Positions 12,981 through 25,979 of a DNA stretch of 64,000 nt are shown here, piece by piece. Below the pieces are notes generated by a model. That model did not search any database, was not told the DNA's origin, and was given only the letters and a program-made list of their open reading frames with translations. The stretch lies in the NCBI RefSeq assembly GCF_009914755.1, contig NC_060925.1, one strand, 5' to 3'. Source of the DNA: the human T2T-CHM13v2.0 reference genome, Homo sapiens. The first letter of the stretch is position 1. Each line of letters starts with the position of its first letter. The position numbers and the translations under genes were made by a program.

Positions 12981-13272
12981 GGCCGAGGCGGGTGGATCAC
13001 TTGAGGCCAGGAGTTTGAGACCAGCCTGGCCAACATGGCTCGGCTCACTGCAGCCTCTCCTTCCTGGGTTCAAGTGATTATCCTGCCTCAGTCTCCTGAG
13101 TACCTGGGATTACAGGCATGTGCCACCACACTGGGCTAATTTTGTATTTTTAGTCGAGACAGGATTTCTCCATGTTGGTCAGGCTGGTCTCGAACTCCCG
13201 ACCTCAGATTATCTGCCCGCCTTGACCTCCAAAAATACTGGGATTACAGGTGTGAGCCACTGGGCCTGGCCA
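12981..13272. mobile_element. Sense Alu fragment (12981-13038) fused to tail-less antisense Alu (13039-13272)
   Basis: ...ggccaacatgg|ctcggctcactgc... abrupt strand switch. Confidence 0.9.
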
Positions 13273-13502
13273 ATAGCACTCATTTCTAATCACAACTATT
13301 AGGCTACAACTGTTCTCAAAAATTGTTATTGTTATCTTAAAAATTGATAAAAGATCCATTGTGGTCCTTTATCTTGGCACTTCTGTGAGTCATCTAAGAA
13401 ACTGAATTTAATTGATGTCTTATGGCTGTATAACTCTTTTAGGCATAGCTTGTTATATAAACTTAATGTAATTTCAAAAATTTTGTGTTTGTTTTTTAAT
13501 AG

Positions 13503-13659
13503 ACTGACTTCCTTTTGGTAGTACTGCGTGATGTTGTTCAGGCTTATCCTGAAGTTCGCATTGTTCTTATGTCTGCTACTATTGATACCAGCATGTTTTG
13601 TGAATATTTCTTCAATTGCCCCATCATTGAAGTTTATGGGAGGACTTACCCAGTTCAAG
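13503..13659 (+). CDS. DHX9: DHX9 exon, motif III (SAT)
   Basis: ttaatag acceptor, gtaata donor, 157 nt TDFLLVVLRD...GRTYPVQ. Confidence 0.96.
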
Positions 13660-14124
13660 GTAATATTGTGGGGGTGGTATAGGAACATCTTTTGTGCAAT
13701 AGGGTTTGTATTTTCTTAATCCTGGAGATTGGAGTTACAATTTAAAGAATACTTAAAATACAGGACAAATTATAGTATCAAATGTATCATAGCATTTTTG
13801 AGGAGTTTCTCTTCTGTTATTTTATACAGTAGTGAGTACAGTCTGAGAAGTGAGACCAGGTTTCATTTACTACTTGAGTAGTTTGCATATGCAGTAAGTT
13901 TCCAGGCCTTTACTTATAAAGCCAAACTTTTAAAAATTATAAAGTATAGTCAAAGGGAAATCACTGTGGTGTATAGGTAATTATGGGAATTACTGTTAAA
14001 AGTTTAAGCAGCCAGGATCAAATTAAGAATCCTTTTTAGAGCCTGAGCAACTAGATTTTGAATTAAGATTAAAGGAAGTGTATCAAGGTTATGTATTTCT
14101 GATAAGTGAGAGTTCTTTAGTATC

Positions 14125-14421
14125 TTTTTGTTTTTCTAAGACAAGGTCTCACTCTGTCACCCAGACTGGAGTGTAGTGGTGCACTCACTTGGCTCACTGC
14201 AACCTCTGGCTCCCAGGCTCAACCAGTCCTCCCATCTCAGCTTCCTGAGTACCTGGGACTACAGGCGCACAACACCACGCCTGGCTAATTTTTGTATATT
14301 TTGTAGAGACAAGGTCTCACCCTGTTGCCCAAGCTGCTCTCAAACTCATGGACTCAAGCAGTCAGCCTGCCTCAGCCTCCCAAAGTGCTGGGATTACAGT
14401 CTAGAGCCACTGCGCCCAGCC
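14125..14421 (-). mobile_element. AluJ, antisense
   Basis: Reverse Alu with J-type positions. Confidence 0.9.
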
Positions 14422-14579
14422 TTCTTTACTGTCTTTAGGAGTTGTTACCACAGTTTTCTAGGATAGTCATCTGGTAGCTGTGGGGGAAAAAAAAGAATTA
14501 TGGTACATTCTAATTGAGGGCATGAAAATAAGAGAGAAACAGTGTAGACAGATACGAAGTGATGTTATGGCTATGCCAG

Positions 14580-15510
14580 CATGCTAAGCCAGTATAATTC
14601 ACTGGGGTACAGGTTAATTCTGAAACTGCTGTACATGTGTACTGGAAATGCCATACAAGTAAATGGATGGCAAGTGGTGGGAGCTCAGTTTCTTACTACT
14701 AGGAAGAGAAGTTAAGGATAAGTGGGATTGCTAGAACAAACCGTATGTTACTGGATTATACTCAAAGAGATCAGTACGAACGTGTGTTTAGCTAAATGGA
14801 GGTACAAATGGATAGGTATAGAAATAATTATAGATAGGTGTGGATACATGTGTTAGTATACATATTTTTTTCTAGCTCTGTGCTGAGTGGGAGTAGAAGC
14901 AGTGACACCCAGTAGATAGGGATATGCCCCACATTCAGATTTTGTTTTTAATGCCATTCTCCAACTAAAGGAGCCAGATATTCCTGGAGAAATGGCTGCT
15001 TCTAGGATGAAACAATATACAAAAATGAGCCTGGAACATCTTGTCCCTTAAAGTAAGGAGGTGCCTAAAAGAAGCCCATAACGATGGGGATAAAGGGACA
15101 CAGGAGCCAACCTGAAAGAGTTCCCAATGGCCAAAGCTGGAACAGTTTGAGGAAAAAAAATAACATGGTATTAGATTACCAAAATACAAAATATTTGTGT
15201 GTCTATACTGATATGTAAATAAGTGGTTTAATAAAAAGAATAGTGACAAGTGCCTCTTACAAAAGAATTTCAAATAATTTATGTAAATGGTCTCCCCATT
15301 TTTCAAACAAGTGGGCCTACACTACCTAACCCCTGAGTGGGCTGTGTTTAATAACTTCTGAAGACTACAGTGTGGGAAGAAGGGAAAATGAGTAACTTTA
15401 CAGTGGAGAAATTTGGCAGGCACTACCACAGGTGATCAAGTTTTAACATCATGAGGAGTAAGTCATATTGATAGGATATGCCCTTAATATGATGTGATGA
15501 GACTGGCACT
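14580..15510 (+). mobile_element. Old L1MC/MD 3' region
   Basis: gtaactttacagtggagaaa...ggtgatcaag...taagtcatattgatag motifs. Confidence 0.55.
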
Positions 15511-16019
15511 TTGGGAGTTTTTGGATATAGAGGGTGTTTTGATTATAAAGACATTCTGGGGCCATCTGAGAATCTTGGGCATAATTGATCAACAGATCTT
15601 CCAGTCCTTGCATTGAGATCCTTCTTCAGATTGACCAGAAGCCATTTTGTGTGTGCATACTGATAGAGGAAGGATGGACTGTGGTATATTGTATTGAAGT
15701 TACTTCTTTCCATGTATAACTCCCACACAATGGAAGTGTATAGATAAATGTTTGATTGAATGTTATACACAGAGGATACCCCAACTGGCTCTGGGAACAT
15801 GTATAAAAGACACCTCACCCTCCTTCAAGGTCTAAGAGAGGGAAACACTGAGTTTGATTAGGAAAATAAGGTTATTGCTACTGGAACTTTTTGGCATTTG
15901 TGAAGAATCAGACTAGAGGGGTATTAAAGTAGTTTTGAACTATGAATTAGCAAATGAATTTAGGTCTGCTCCATTGTGAAAGTTGATAGTACTTAACCTG
16001 ACTGGATTGTCCCTGGCAG

Positions 16020-16120
16020 AATATTTTCTGGAAGACTGCATTCAGATGACCCACTTTGTTCCTCCACCAAAAGACAAAAAGAAGAAGGATAAGGATGATG
16101 ATGGTGGTGAGGATGATGAT
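16020..16120 (+). CDS. DHX9: DHX9 exon with charged linker PKDKKKKDKDDDGGEDDD
   Basis: ggcag acceptor, gtaagt donor, 101 nt. Confidence 0.96.
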
Positions 16121-16414
16121 GTAAGTGAATTTCATGAAGAATTTCCATTATGGGCAAATTGTCAATGCAGAGAAAAAAATGAGTTAATGTAACATGCAAT
16201 GTATTAGCATTACAGCAAACTTTCTTAAAAACTGACTGTAATGTCTGCCTTTGGATTAATTGATGTATTTTACTGCAAAAAAATTCCAGGTTCAGTGACA
16301 AGCTGTTTTCTATCACAAGTTAAATTATCTCTGGCGTAAAGATCAAAGGAAAAAGAAGAAAGAATGCGATGTTTAAAGGCCAGGCATGGTTAGGGACAAT
16401 GCTGTTGTATAAGG

Positions 16415-16570
16415 TTTTGCTACTCAAAGTTTTTCAGTAGGCTGCAGCATCTGGGAAACTGGTAGAAAGACAGAATGCTGTGCCCCACCCTAGATCTACT
16501 GAGTCAGAATCTACAGTTTAACAAGATCCTCAGGTGATCTGTATATACAATAAAGTTTAAGAAACAGCAG
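16415..16570. mobile_element. MER5A (hAT-Charlie) DNA transposon
   Basis: gctactcaaagt...ccccaccctagatctactgagtcagaatct...aacaagatcctcaggtgat. Confidence 0.75.
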
Positions 16571-17215
16571 CTATAGCTTTAGCTACAGGAGACCGGTGAT
16601 GACATTATCAGGTGGACAGAGTATTAAATCAGGGAGCAATGAGGGATTTCCTAGGAGAAACAGGAAAGAAAAGACTTTGTAGTGCTTGAGAGTTGGACGA
16701 CGATAGTATAGAAATGGATTATCTGGAAATACAGACTGAGACAGCCAGCAATGCAGAATTTGCTAGAAAACCTAAGATTATATCTTTTTAATCAAAAGAT
16801 CTGAAGATGTAAATGAACAGCAGATTAGAAAATTTAGAAAAAGACCAATTGCAACAACTGTTTCTCAACTTGCTTTATCATTGATTCAAATGTAAACTTT
16901 TTGGAAAATACATTATTTCAATAATACAAAGAAATATACTCAGAAGGCTCCATGAGAGTTTTGAGTCAAATTTAAGTTTGTGTTTGAATTTTAGTCCTAT
17001 CCTGTGAGAAATACTAATTAGTGGAAAAGTTCAGTATATTGATGTAAGCTCTACATTTTTGGAAATTAAATTTCTTCTGTATTCTATAGTGTGTGACTAG
17101 TCAACTAGAATAAATAATGACATTACAAGTAATTAGAGTCACTAGAAGAAATCTAGAAGACTTACCTCATGAGTAACTGAGACAATCCAAAAATATGTCT
17201 CCCTGTTTTTTACAG

Positions 17216-17429
17216 GCAAATTGCAACTTGATCTGTGGTGATGAATATGGTCCAGAAACAAGGTTGAGCATGTCTCAATTGAACGAAAAGGAAACTCCTT
17301 TTGAACTCATCGAGGCTCTACTTAAGTACATTGAAACCCTTAATGTTCCTGGAGCTGTGTTGGTTTTTTTGCCTGGCTGGAATCTGATTTATACTATGCA
17401 GAAGCATTTGGAAATGAATCCACATTTTG
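17216..17429 (+). CDS. DHX9: DHX9 exon, motif IV (LVFLPG)
   Basis: ttttacag acceptor, gtatga donor, 214 nt. Confidence 0.97.
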
Positions 17430-17612
17430 GTATGAGTCTTTGAATTCTCACATATTTGAGAGTGAAAATGAATGTTTTTGCTAGTGCCTTAGCCAGTATG
17501 TGAAAACAAAATTTTGTATTGTTTCTACTTTCGAATAAAAATATGTATAATGGAGAGCTGTTTGAAACCAGCTCCTGTTTTTAGTCCCTGATTGTTCTTT
17601 ATTGTTATATAG

Positions 17613-17707
17613 GAAGCCATCGGTATCAGATTCTACCCCTGCATTCTCAGATTCCTCGAGAGGAACAGCGCAAAGTGTTTGATCCAGTACCAGTTGGAGT
17701 AACCAAG
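17613..17707 (+). CDS. DHX9: DHX9 exon [31 protein letters not shown]
   Basis: atatag acceptor, gtaaat donor, 95 nt, PLHS motif. Confidence 0.96.
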
Positions 17708-17995
17708 GTAAATATTAAACATTAGAGTGATGGGATTGGAAGTGACGTAGATACTAAACAAATGTTACAGGCTTTCAAAGAGCTACCCAAAAAATTGTAA
17801 CCCATCTAAATTGAGGAAGAAAAAAGGAGTCTTCTCTTTCTGAGCTTAGTAGATTGTTGTTCATTAATCAGTTATTGGGTGATCTTTTTAGGACTTCTGT
17901 AATTTTCTTGTCATTTGTTACATACATAAGCAAATCAGTCCTTTTAAGTAACTAATAAGAATATTTTCTGGAGTGTAATTTTTCTTTCTTCACAG

Positions 17996-18069
17996 GTTAT
18001 TTTGTCCACAAATATTGCTGAAACAAGCATTACCATAAACGATGTTGTTTATGTCATTGACTCCTGCAA
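17996..18069 (+). CDS. DHX9: DHX9 exon, motif V ([10 protein letters not shown])
   Basis: ttcacag acceptor, gtaagt donor, 74 nt. Confidence 0.97.
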
Positions 18070-19186
18070 GTAAGTTACTGGGAAACCTATTTGTCTGCTC
18101 CAGTGTTACTAACTGGAAACTTCTTACCAGTTAACAGAATCAAAAACACCTTATTTTTAAACTCCTGTGTTCTTAAATCTCCAAAATTATTGTGCATCTA
18201 TATAGCATTATAGGTAATTGATAATTAAGAGTAATTATTGTTGATTACTGCAAATCAGTTACGGTAGAAAGTGACAAAGCTTGAAACTGTAACTGATGAT
18301 TACTTCTCATTGCTCTTGGCTGCTGGTGTCTCACTTATTTCCCATTGGGTGTTTCCATTGATCACTGCCATACTATAGCATGCTGTTTGATGAATAAAGA
18401 TGACCAGTGTTTAGCACATGACAAATATCCTACCTTGAAGGACACTCCTTTAAGGATTAAGGGTCTTCATTTTGGTATGAGATGAGCCTGGAAAAATATA
18501 CCAGGAGACATTCTGTGTAGATACAGGAATTACATGGTAATTGATAAATTGAAAGGACAAAAAAGTTGAAACTTGGTTATATCTGGCCAACTTGTACCCC
18601 ATGACTTCTCTTTATAATTCCTTAGTCTGTCCTGACAATGAAAACAATTTGCTGCCAACATCCATTTTAGGAAATGATGAATAGCATTCTGTGCCAATCC
18701 CAGTCATTTAGTGGCAGCTGTCTCTGTATGTAACATTGAAGGAATCTGAGGTTACTTGGGGGTTCAAATGGACCACACAGGCATCACTAGATACAGATAT
18801 CCTAAAAGTTACACTAAACTTTGGAATAGAGATGACTTAAATAATTACTTTCTTTTGTGTATGTGCCATATTCCATTTAAATGCTTTGCATTTGTTAATT
18901 TATTTAATGTTTACCAAAAAAACTATAAGGTAGATAATGGCATGCAAAGTTTGGCCAAGGCAGTTCAGCTGATAAGTGGCAAGTGGATGTTACATTGCCT
19001 TTTAGTAGGTTGACAACTAGGAGTTTGCAGTCAGATTGCTGATTCTTACTTGTGCCATTCATGAATAGACATCACAAGTAGGTATGGCTTTAACTACATA
19101 GTGGAAAGCATTCACTACTTAGTGGATATATAATAGTTATTGATAATACACATGAGTCTTAGAATTAACCACTTTTTCCTATGTAG

Positions 19187-19339
19187 GCAGAAAGTGAAAC
19201 TCTTCACTGCTCACAACAATATGACCAACTATGCTACCGTATGGGCATCAAAAACAAACCTTGAGCAACGGAAAGGGCGAGCTGGCCGAGTACGGCCTGG
19301 ATTCTGCTTTCACCTGTGCAGCCGAGCTCGTTTTGAGAG
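19187..19339 (+). CDS. DHX9: DHX9 exon, motif VI (QRKGRAGR)
   Basis: tgtag acceptor, gtaaga donor, 153 nt. Confidence 0.97.
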
Positions 19340-19499
19340 GTAAGACCCATTCTTGACCTTTAGTAAGGGATTTTTGTTCTGTTCTCTGTAGGGACAGATG
19401 TGTGCAGTTATGTAAACCTGCCAATATAAGCTGATCTAAGTCTTGCCAGCCATGTTGGAATCAGGTGTAAATGTTTCGTAAGAATCTTCATCACAAATC

Positions 19500-19780
19500 A
19501 TTTAGAGAATAAGCCAGATTTAGAAATATAGAGACCTAGATTTTAATATTATTTGTGCCTAATACATTGTATAACACTAAGTGGTTACTCCTTAGGCCTG
19601 CATTTCCCTCATTCTATAAAATATTAAGTTACTTAACCTCTCTTGTTTCCTCAGTTGTAAAAAGAATATAAATAATGCCTAACCCATAGGGTTGGTATAA
19701 GTATTAAATGATTTAATAATGTAAAATACTTTGAACAGTGTATGGCACATCATGATCTCCCAATAAGTGTTTGCTGTTGT
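19500..19780. mobile_element. MIR SINE
   Basis: aagttacttaacctctct...tttcctcagttgtaaaa...tatggcacat. Confidence 0.65.
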
Positions 19781-19789
19781 TAATTTATA

Positions 19790-19975
19790 CAGGTCAGATA
19801 TCTCTTTTAAAACTGAAATGCTTGGGACCAGAAGTGGTTTTGGATTTTTTTTCTTGGTAATATTTGCATTGTATTTACCAGTCGGGCATCCCTAATCTGA
19901 AAATATGAAATCCAAAACGCTCTAATGAGCATTTCCTTTAAGTGTCATGTCAGAAGTCAAAAAGTTTTGGATTTT
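19790..19975. mobile_element. Tigger4/MER46-like MITE
   Basis: gaaatgcttgggaccagaagtg...gagcatttcctttaagtgtcatgtc. Confidence 0.7.
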
Positions 19976-20415
19976 AAAGATACATCTATAAGAGCCTTTC
20001 TAGTGGCACTAAAATTACATGAACTAGGAAGGTGGGAGGTTGTAGAGAAATGTTAGTATGAGTTATCATCCTACAAAAAGTCTTGTTGTCGTTTTTAACC
20101 CATGTTTGTCAACAGGCAAGGCCTGAAGAGACCATGGGTGGAGCTAATAACATTCGCGATTTTGGATAATTTTTTCATTTTTCTTCTCAGCCTAAAAGGC
20201 TATCAAGCTGTGAGGATAAGTCAGAAACCACTATGCAACCAGATTAAATTTTGTCAACAGTGTGTATAGTGAACGATAAAAGGTCCGATGGTAATTGTAA
20301 AATAAAAGGATGAGGAAAAGGCAGCTCTGTATCCCTGATTACCTTGCTGCAAAAAGTTTATTAACATCTGTGTATACACAAGGAGGATGGTTATTTTATG
20401 CTTATTTTCTCTTAG

Positions 20416-20576
20416 ACTTGAAACCCACATGACACCAGAGATGTTCCGAACACCATTGCATGAAATTGCTCTTAGCATAAAACTTCTGCGTCTAGGAGGA
20501 ATTGGCCAATTTCTGGCCAAAGCAATTGAACCTCCCCCTTTGGATGCTGTGATTGAAGCAGAACACACTCTTAGAG
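20416..20576 (+). CDS. DHX9: DHX9 exon [14 protein letters not shown]...EAEHTLR (winged-helix/HA2)
   Basis: cttag acceptor, gtactt donor, 161 nt. Confidence 0.96.
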
Positions 20577-20850
20577 GTACTTACAAATACAAACCTACTT
20601 GACGCAGATATTAATCATACCATCTGTCTTGTTCTGGCAGATAACACTTACAAATGAATCAAGATGATGAAGATGTAGTCAACAGGGCTGTGATAATAAT
20701 AGTAAGGCCTCCAGTCTTACCTTAGATAGTTAGTATAGTCACTGTTCTAATGAGCAATGAGAAGGAAGAAAGGGACAATGTGAGTCTTTAAAAAAGAAAA
20801 GAAAACTTAAAAAGGCATCTCTTAACTATGTACTAAAGATCAGAACATAA

Positions 20851-21190
<340 letters not shown>

Positions 21191-21662
21191 GGAACATTTA
21201 TTTTTTCTTGCTAAACTTGTTAGAGGTACAGTGAAAATTAAGGGCATTGGAGCTAGATCTGAATTTGAATTTTGAATCTAGCATTTATCTACTATGTAAC
21301 TTCAGAATTTTCTCTAGATTTTATTTTTTTTAAAACATTAACAGCTGGGTATCAGACTTCTTATGGCATGTAGAAACTTACGCTGCTATTATAGTTAATA
21401 CTGTATTTATAGACTTCATATGAATTGTATTTGTTTTTATAACCTACAGGATTTAGTTGTAGTACCTTTATGTTGGGTGCTCCAGATTTTGATTTTGTTC
21501 TATTTTTGAGTACAGAGAATTGTTGGCCGTAGACATGGTATTAGCGATTGGCTTGACAAAAGAGGAACTCTAAACTGTCTTAACCTTAATTTAGAGTAAT
21601 GTTTTGTCTGCCTAAAATTAGTGTTCATTTGTTTCTGCTCACAAAGAACTATCTCCCCACAG

Positions 21663-21774
21663 AGCTTGATGCATTAGATGCCAATGATGAGTTGACTCCT
21701 TTGGGACGAATCCTGGCTAAACTCCCCATTGAGCCTCGTTTTGGCAAAATGATGATAATGGGGTGTATTTTCTA
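21663..21774 (+). CDS. DHX9: DHX9 exon [37 protein letters not shown] (HA2)
   Basis: cacag acceptor, gtaagt donor, 112 nt. Confidence 0.96.
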
Positions 21775-22017
21775 GTAAGTGCTTTGTTTTATTTCTCTTC
21801 GTTAAGTGGCAGAATAATTTCAGAATCTTCTCCTCCCTGTAAAAGCAGTATTGGCTCAGATAGACAAAAAAAAAATCCTAAATGTTCTTCAGGGAAGTAA
21901 CATACCTAGATATTGAGAGCAGTGTAACACTAAAAAAATGAACAGTTCCAGTAGGTGGATATCTGGGCCCAATATGGGGAAAAGGGCACTGATTTCTCAA
22001 AAGTTAAAAGCAAGCAG

Positions 22018-22082
22018 GCCAGGCAATGTGGCTCACACCTTGAATCCTAGCACTTTGGGAGGCCAGGGTGGGAGGGTCCCTT
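22018..22082 (+). mobile_element. Alu 5' fragment, sense
   Basis: ggccaggcaatgtggctcacacc...ctttgggaggcc, then unique sequence. Confidence 0.8.
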
Positions 22083-22429
22083 GTTATTAATAGTTGGTCT
22101 TGAAAGAGCGGTGTCAGGAAAAGAGGTTTATTTTATCAGAAAATGTTGAAGATTAAGAGATTTGGTATGATGGGGAAGAGAGAATATAAAAGGAAAAATA
22201 TACTTGGTCATAATTTATGATAAATATGTGGCCATTAGAGCATCAGAGCATTTTTTTCTTTCTGATTCTGAAGAGAGCAGCTATAAAGTTCTTTGTTAAG
22301 CCAGTTTCATTGCAAATAAAAGTAGAATCATAGCCATAAAGACTGCAACCCACAGTCGACAGTCCTACCTGAGCTGCTGGCAACAACATTGTGATCTAGT
22401 CTGGATTTAACTGTCTTTGTGTATTTCAG

Positions 22430-22591
22430 CGTGGGAGATGCTATCTGTACCATTGCTGCTGCTACCTGCTTTCCAGAGCCTTTCATCAATGAAGGAAAGC
22501 GGCTGGGCTATATCCATCGAAATTTTGCTGGAAACAGATTTTCTGATCACGTAGCCCTTTTATCAGTATTCCAAGCCTGGGATGATGCTAG
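22430..22591 (+). CDS. DHX9: DHX9 exon VGDAICTIAAA...SDHVALLSVFQAWDDA
   Basis: tttcag acceptor, gtatga donor, 162 nt. Confidence 0.96.
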
Positions 22592-22685
22592 GTATGAGTA
22601 AGATTTGGGTGAGCTGTCTGTAGTTTCTCATTTGTATTTAGTTCTCTGGTCTTAGAGAATGATTTCTCATGCCAATTTATTTTAG

Positions 22686-22813
22686 AATGGGTGGAGAAGA
22701 AGCAGAGATACGTTTTTGTGAGCACAAAAGACTTAATATGGCTACACTAAGAATGACCTGGGAAGCCAAAGTTCAGCTCAAAGAGATTTTGATTAATTCT
22801 GGGTTTCCAGAAG
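22686..22813 (+). CDS. DHX9: DHX9 exon MGGEEAEIRFCEHK...INSGFPE
   Basis: ttttag acceptor, gtaaga donor, 128 nt. Confidence 0.96.
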
Positions 22814-23750
22814 GTAAGACTTCTTCCATTCTTAAGATATCTTTAAAGTGACATTTATATAGTACATGCAAATTGACAGCAAAGTGTATTTTAGTTTCAA
22901 ATTTTAGACCCTATGATTTTTATATATTCCCGACTATTTCTTAGTTCTCGTGAACACTGGTCTAGTTCCCAGAATGAGTACTTTGCTGATAACCTTATAG
23001 TGGTTTGCAAAGTAATTTATTAGCATTTAGACTTGAAGTAAATTCTACCACATTAAATTTTAAATGACTTTAATTTATACTTTCGGTGTACAGATGATTA
23101 AAGGACTTTATGACATCTAACATAGAAAAAAACCAACCCATGTTTCTTGATGAGCTGTAGTACTTTTCTTTTCCAACTAGGTTAAAATATAGAATTACTT
23201 CCTAAAACATTGAGAACTGGAATGCATAACCAGAAATAAGACTGTTGAGAGACAGAAGGTAGTTGGGCAAGATGGTAAATTTTTAAAGGCTGTAATTGGA
23301 ATAACTAAACAAAGTAGTGAGTGGTTCTCTTCTGTCATAAGCCAGCCGAAATTTTAGTTTTTCCTCAAAATTATAAGAAAGGGAAAACTTCATGTGCTAG
23401 AATCTTGAGATGAATTTTACAGGTAATGAAACAGGCACCAAGGTATAAATTGTCTTTAATTCATCCAATTAGGAGGCTATAAGACTAGAACTCGTTTGTC
23501 TAGAACAAAATATGTCTGTGCTTTCAGCGGTTGACTGTCATGCTTTCCAGTCAGTAGCTAAGTACTCAAAGTGTAGACTGGGTAAAAACGTCAGCCTTCA
23601 TTCCAGTAGGTGTCCTCTTAGATTATCTCCATCTTCTCTACAACTAACAGCTATTTAAGAGTAGCAGATAAATACTTTGTGGTCCTATCAGTCAAGCTCT
23701 TATTCTCAGAGTAGATGGTTGATTGGGGGACTTTAAAAAGTAATCACCCC

Positions 23751-24050
<300 letters not shown>

Positions 24051-24304
24051 TCACCCCAAGCTTATTTATGGTTGAGTCTATAAGAGAATAGAGACGTTTT
24101 CGTTTTCTTATTGTGGAAACTCAGTAACATTACTCCTTGAACTTAATCTGGGTGTAAGGATTCTGAGAAGAGAAAGTTTTACAGACAGGTTATGTGAAAA
24201 GAGTGAGGAAGAGTCAGTTCTCTGAATTATCTTAAATAGTTTGCATGTAATGTGAAGATCAGCCAGTTATCTGATTTTTGTTTTCACTGTGCTCCTCTTA
24301 ACAG

Positions 24305-24534
24305 ATTGTTTGTTGACACAAGTGTTTACTAACACTGGACCAGATAATAATTTGGATGTTGTTATCTCCCTCCTGGCCTTTGGTGTGTACCCCAATGTAT
24401 GCTATCATAAGGAAAAGAGGAAGATTCTCACCACTGAAGGGCGTAATGCACTTATCCACAAATCATCTGTTAATTGTCCTTTTAGTAGCCAAGACATGAA
24501 GTACCCATCTCCCTTCTTTGTATTTGGTGAAAAG
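24305..24534 (+). CDS. DHX9: DHX9 exon, OB-fold region (CLLTQVF...FFVFGEK)
   Basis: taacag acceptor, gtaaga donor, 230 nt. Confidence 0.96.
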
Positions 24535-24685
24535 GTAAGAAAAGACTAGAAAAGTTTACATTGAAAGTTGAAATTGTCTTTACAATCATTAGGAACATGA
24601 ATTTTGATTTTCAAAGCACAGTATATAGCGGTATTTGGAAGTTGGAATGTCAACCATTTTGTATTGTCTCTTTCTCCATTTGCAG

Positions 24686-24801
24686 ATTCGAACTCGAGCC
24701 ATCTCTGCTAAAGGCATGACTTTAGTCACCCCCCTGCAGTTGCTTCTCTTTGCCTCCAAGAAAGTCCAATCTGATGGGCAGATTGTGCTTGTAGATGACT
24801 G
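24686..24801 (+). CDS. DHX9: DHX9 exon IRTRAISAKG...VLVDD
   Basis: ttgcag acceptor, gtatgg donor, 116 nt. Confidence 0.96.
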
Positions 24802-25199
24802 GTATGGATTTTCAGATGTGAACTCCAAACTGAATTCTTAGAATTACAATATGATGGAATTCAGCTGCTAATCTAACTTAATTATATACTAATTATATCT
24901 AACTTAATTATATACTATATACTTAATCTTAAATTGATACCAGTAGAAGCAAATGCATTAGGAATTTGAGCCATGTCTACCACTAGGCACACCACCACTA
25001 TGGAATCAGAATCTAAGTGAAGCTTGAGTACCCTTTCACATACTCTGTATATTGATTCAAAACTAGTGGTAAGCACTGGGCAAAAATGGAATAGAGCTTA
25101 ATGGACAGCCAGTAGGCTCAGCCATCATATTCTTGAAAACCTAGAAAATGCCAGTATTCTGGGTCTCTTAAATTCATTATTTTAAAGTCTGGATGATCT

Positions 25200-25486
<287 letters not shown>

Positions 25487-25778
25487 TTATTATATATTGC
25501 ATATATTTTTATTATATTTTATTTGGCTTGATAGACTTTTTGGCTTAAGACTCCTGCTCATAGCTAGCAGTGAATTTTAAGAAGCTAGTGCTGATTATAA
25601 CTACTCTTCATATCTGTGTTTGCCTAAGTTTGGGGCCATTATAAGTAGTTTTTTTTTTTAATATTAATGCTTAAGAAGTTAAATTTATTCTATAATGTGC
25701 CATGTGTGAAGTTGAGAGATAATGGTCTTTTTCTACATATACTCCCTCTCTTATTTTTAATGTATTTCGCCACTTTAG

Positions 25779-25979
25779 GATTAAACTGCAAATATCTCAT
25801 GAAGCTGCTGCCTGTATCACTGGTCTCCGGGCAGCCATGGAGGCTTTGGTTGTTGAAGTAACCAAACAACCTGCTATCATCAGCCAGTTGGACCCCGTAA
25901 ATGAACGTATGCTGAACATGATCCGTCAGATCTCTAGACCCTCAGCTGCTGGTATCAACCTTATGATTGGCAGTACACG
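25779..25979 (+). CDS. DHX9: DHX9 penultimate exon IKLQISHEAAA...NLMIGST
   Basis: ctttag acceptor, gtgagt donor, 201 nt. Confidence 0.96.

Noticed and set aside
13660-16019. Possible U12-type intron (cttaac near the acceptor)
   Set aside because: Donor is GTAATA, not GTATCC; no intron in the window has a U12 donor
24871-24925. Local duplication atctaacttaattatatacta x2 (also AT repeats at 2288-2332)
   Set aside because: Ordinary slippage in AT-rich intron; no sign of function
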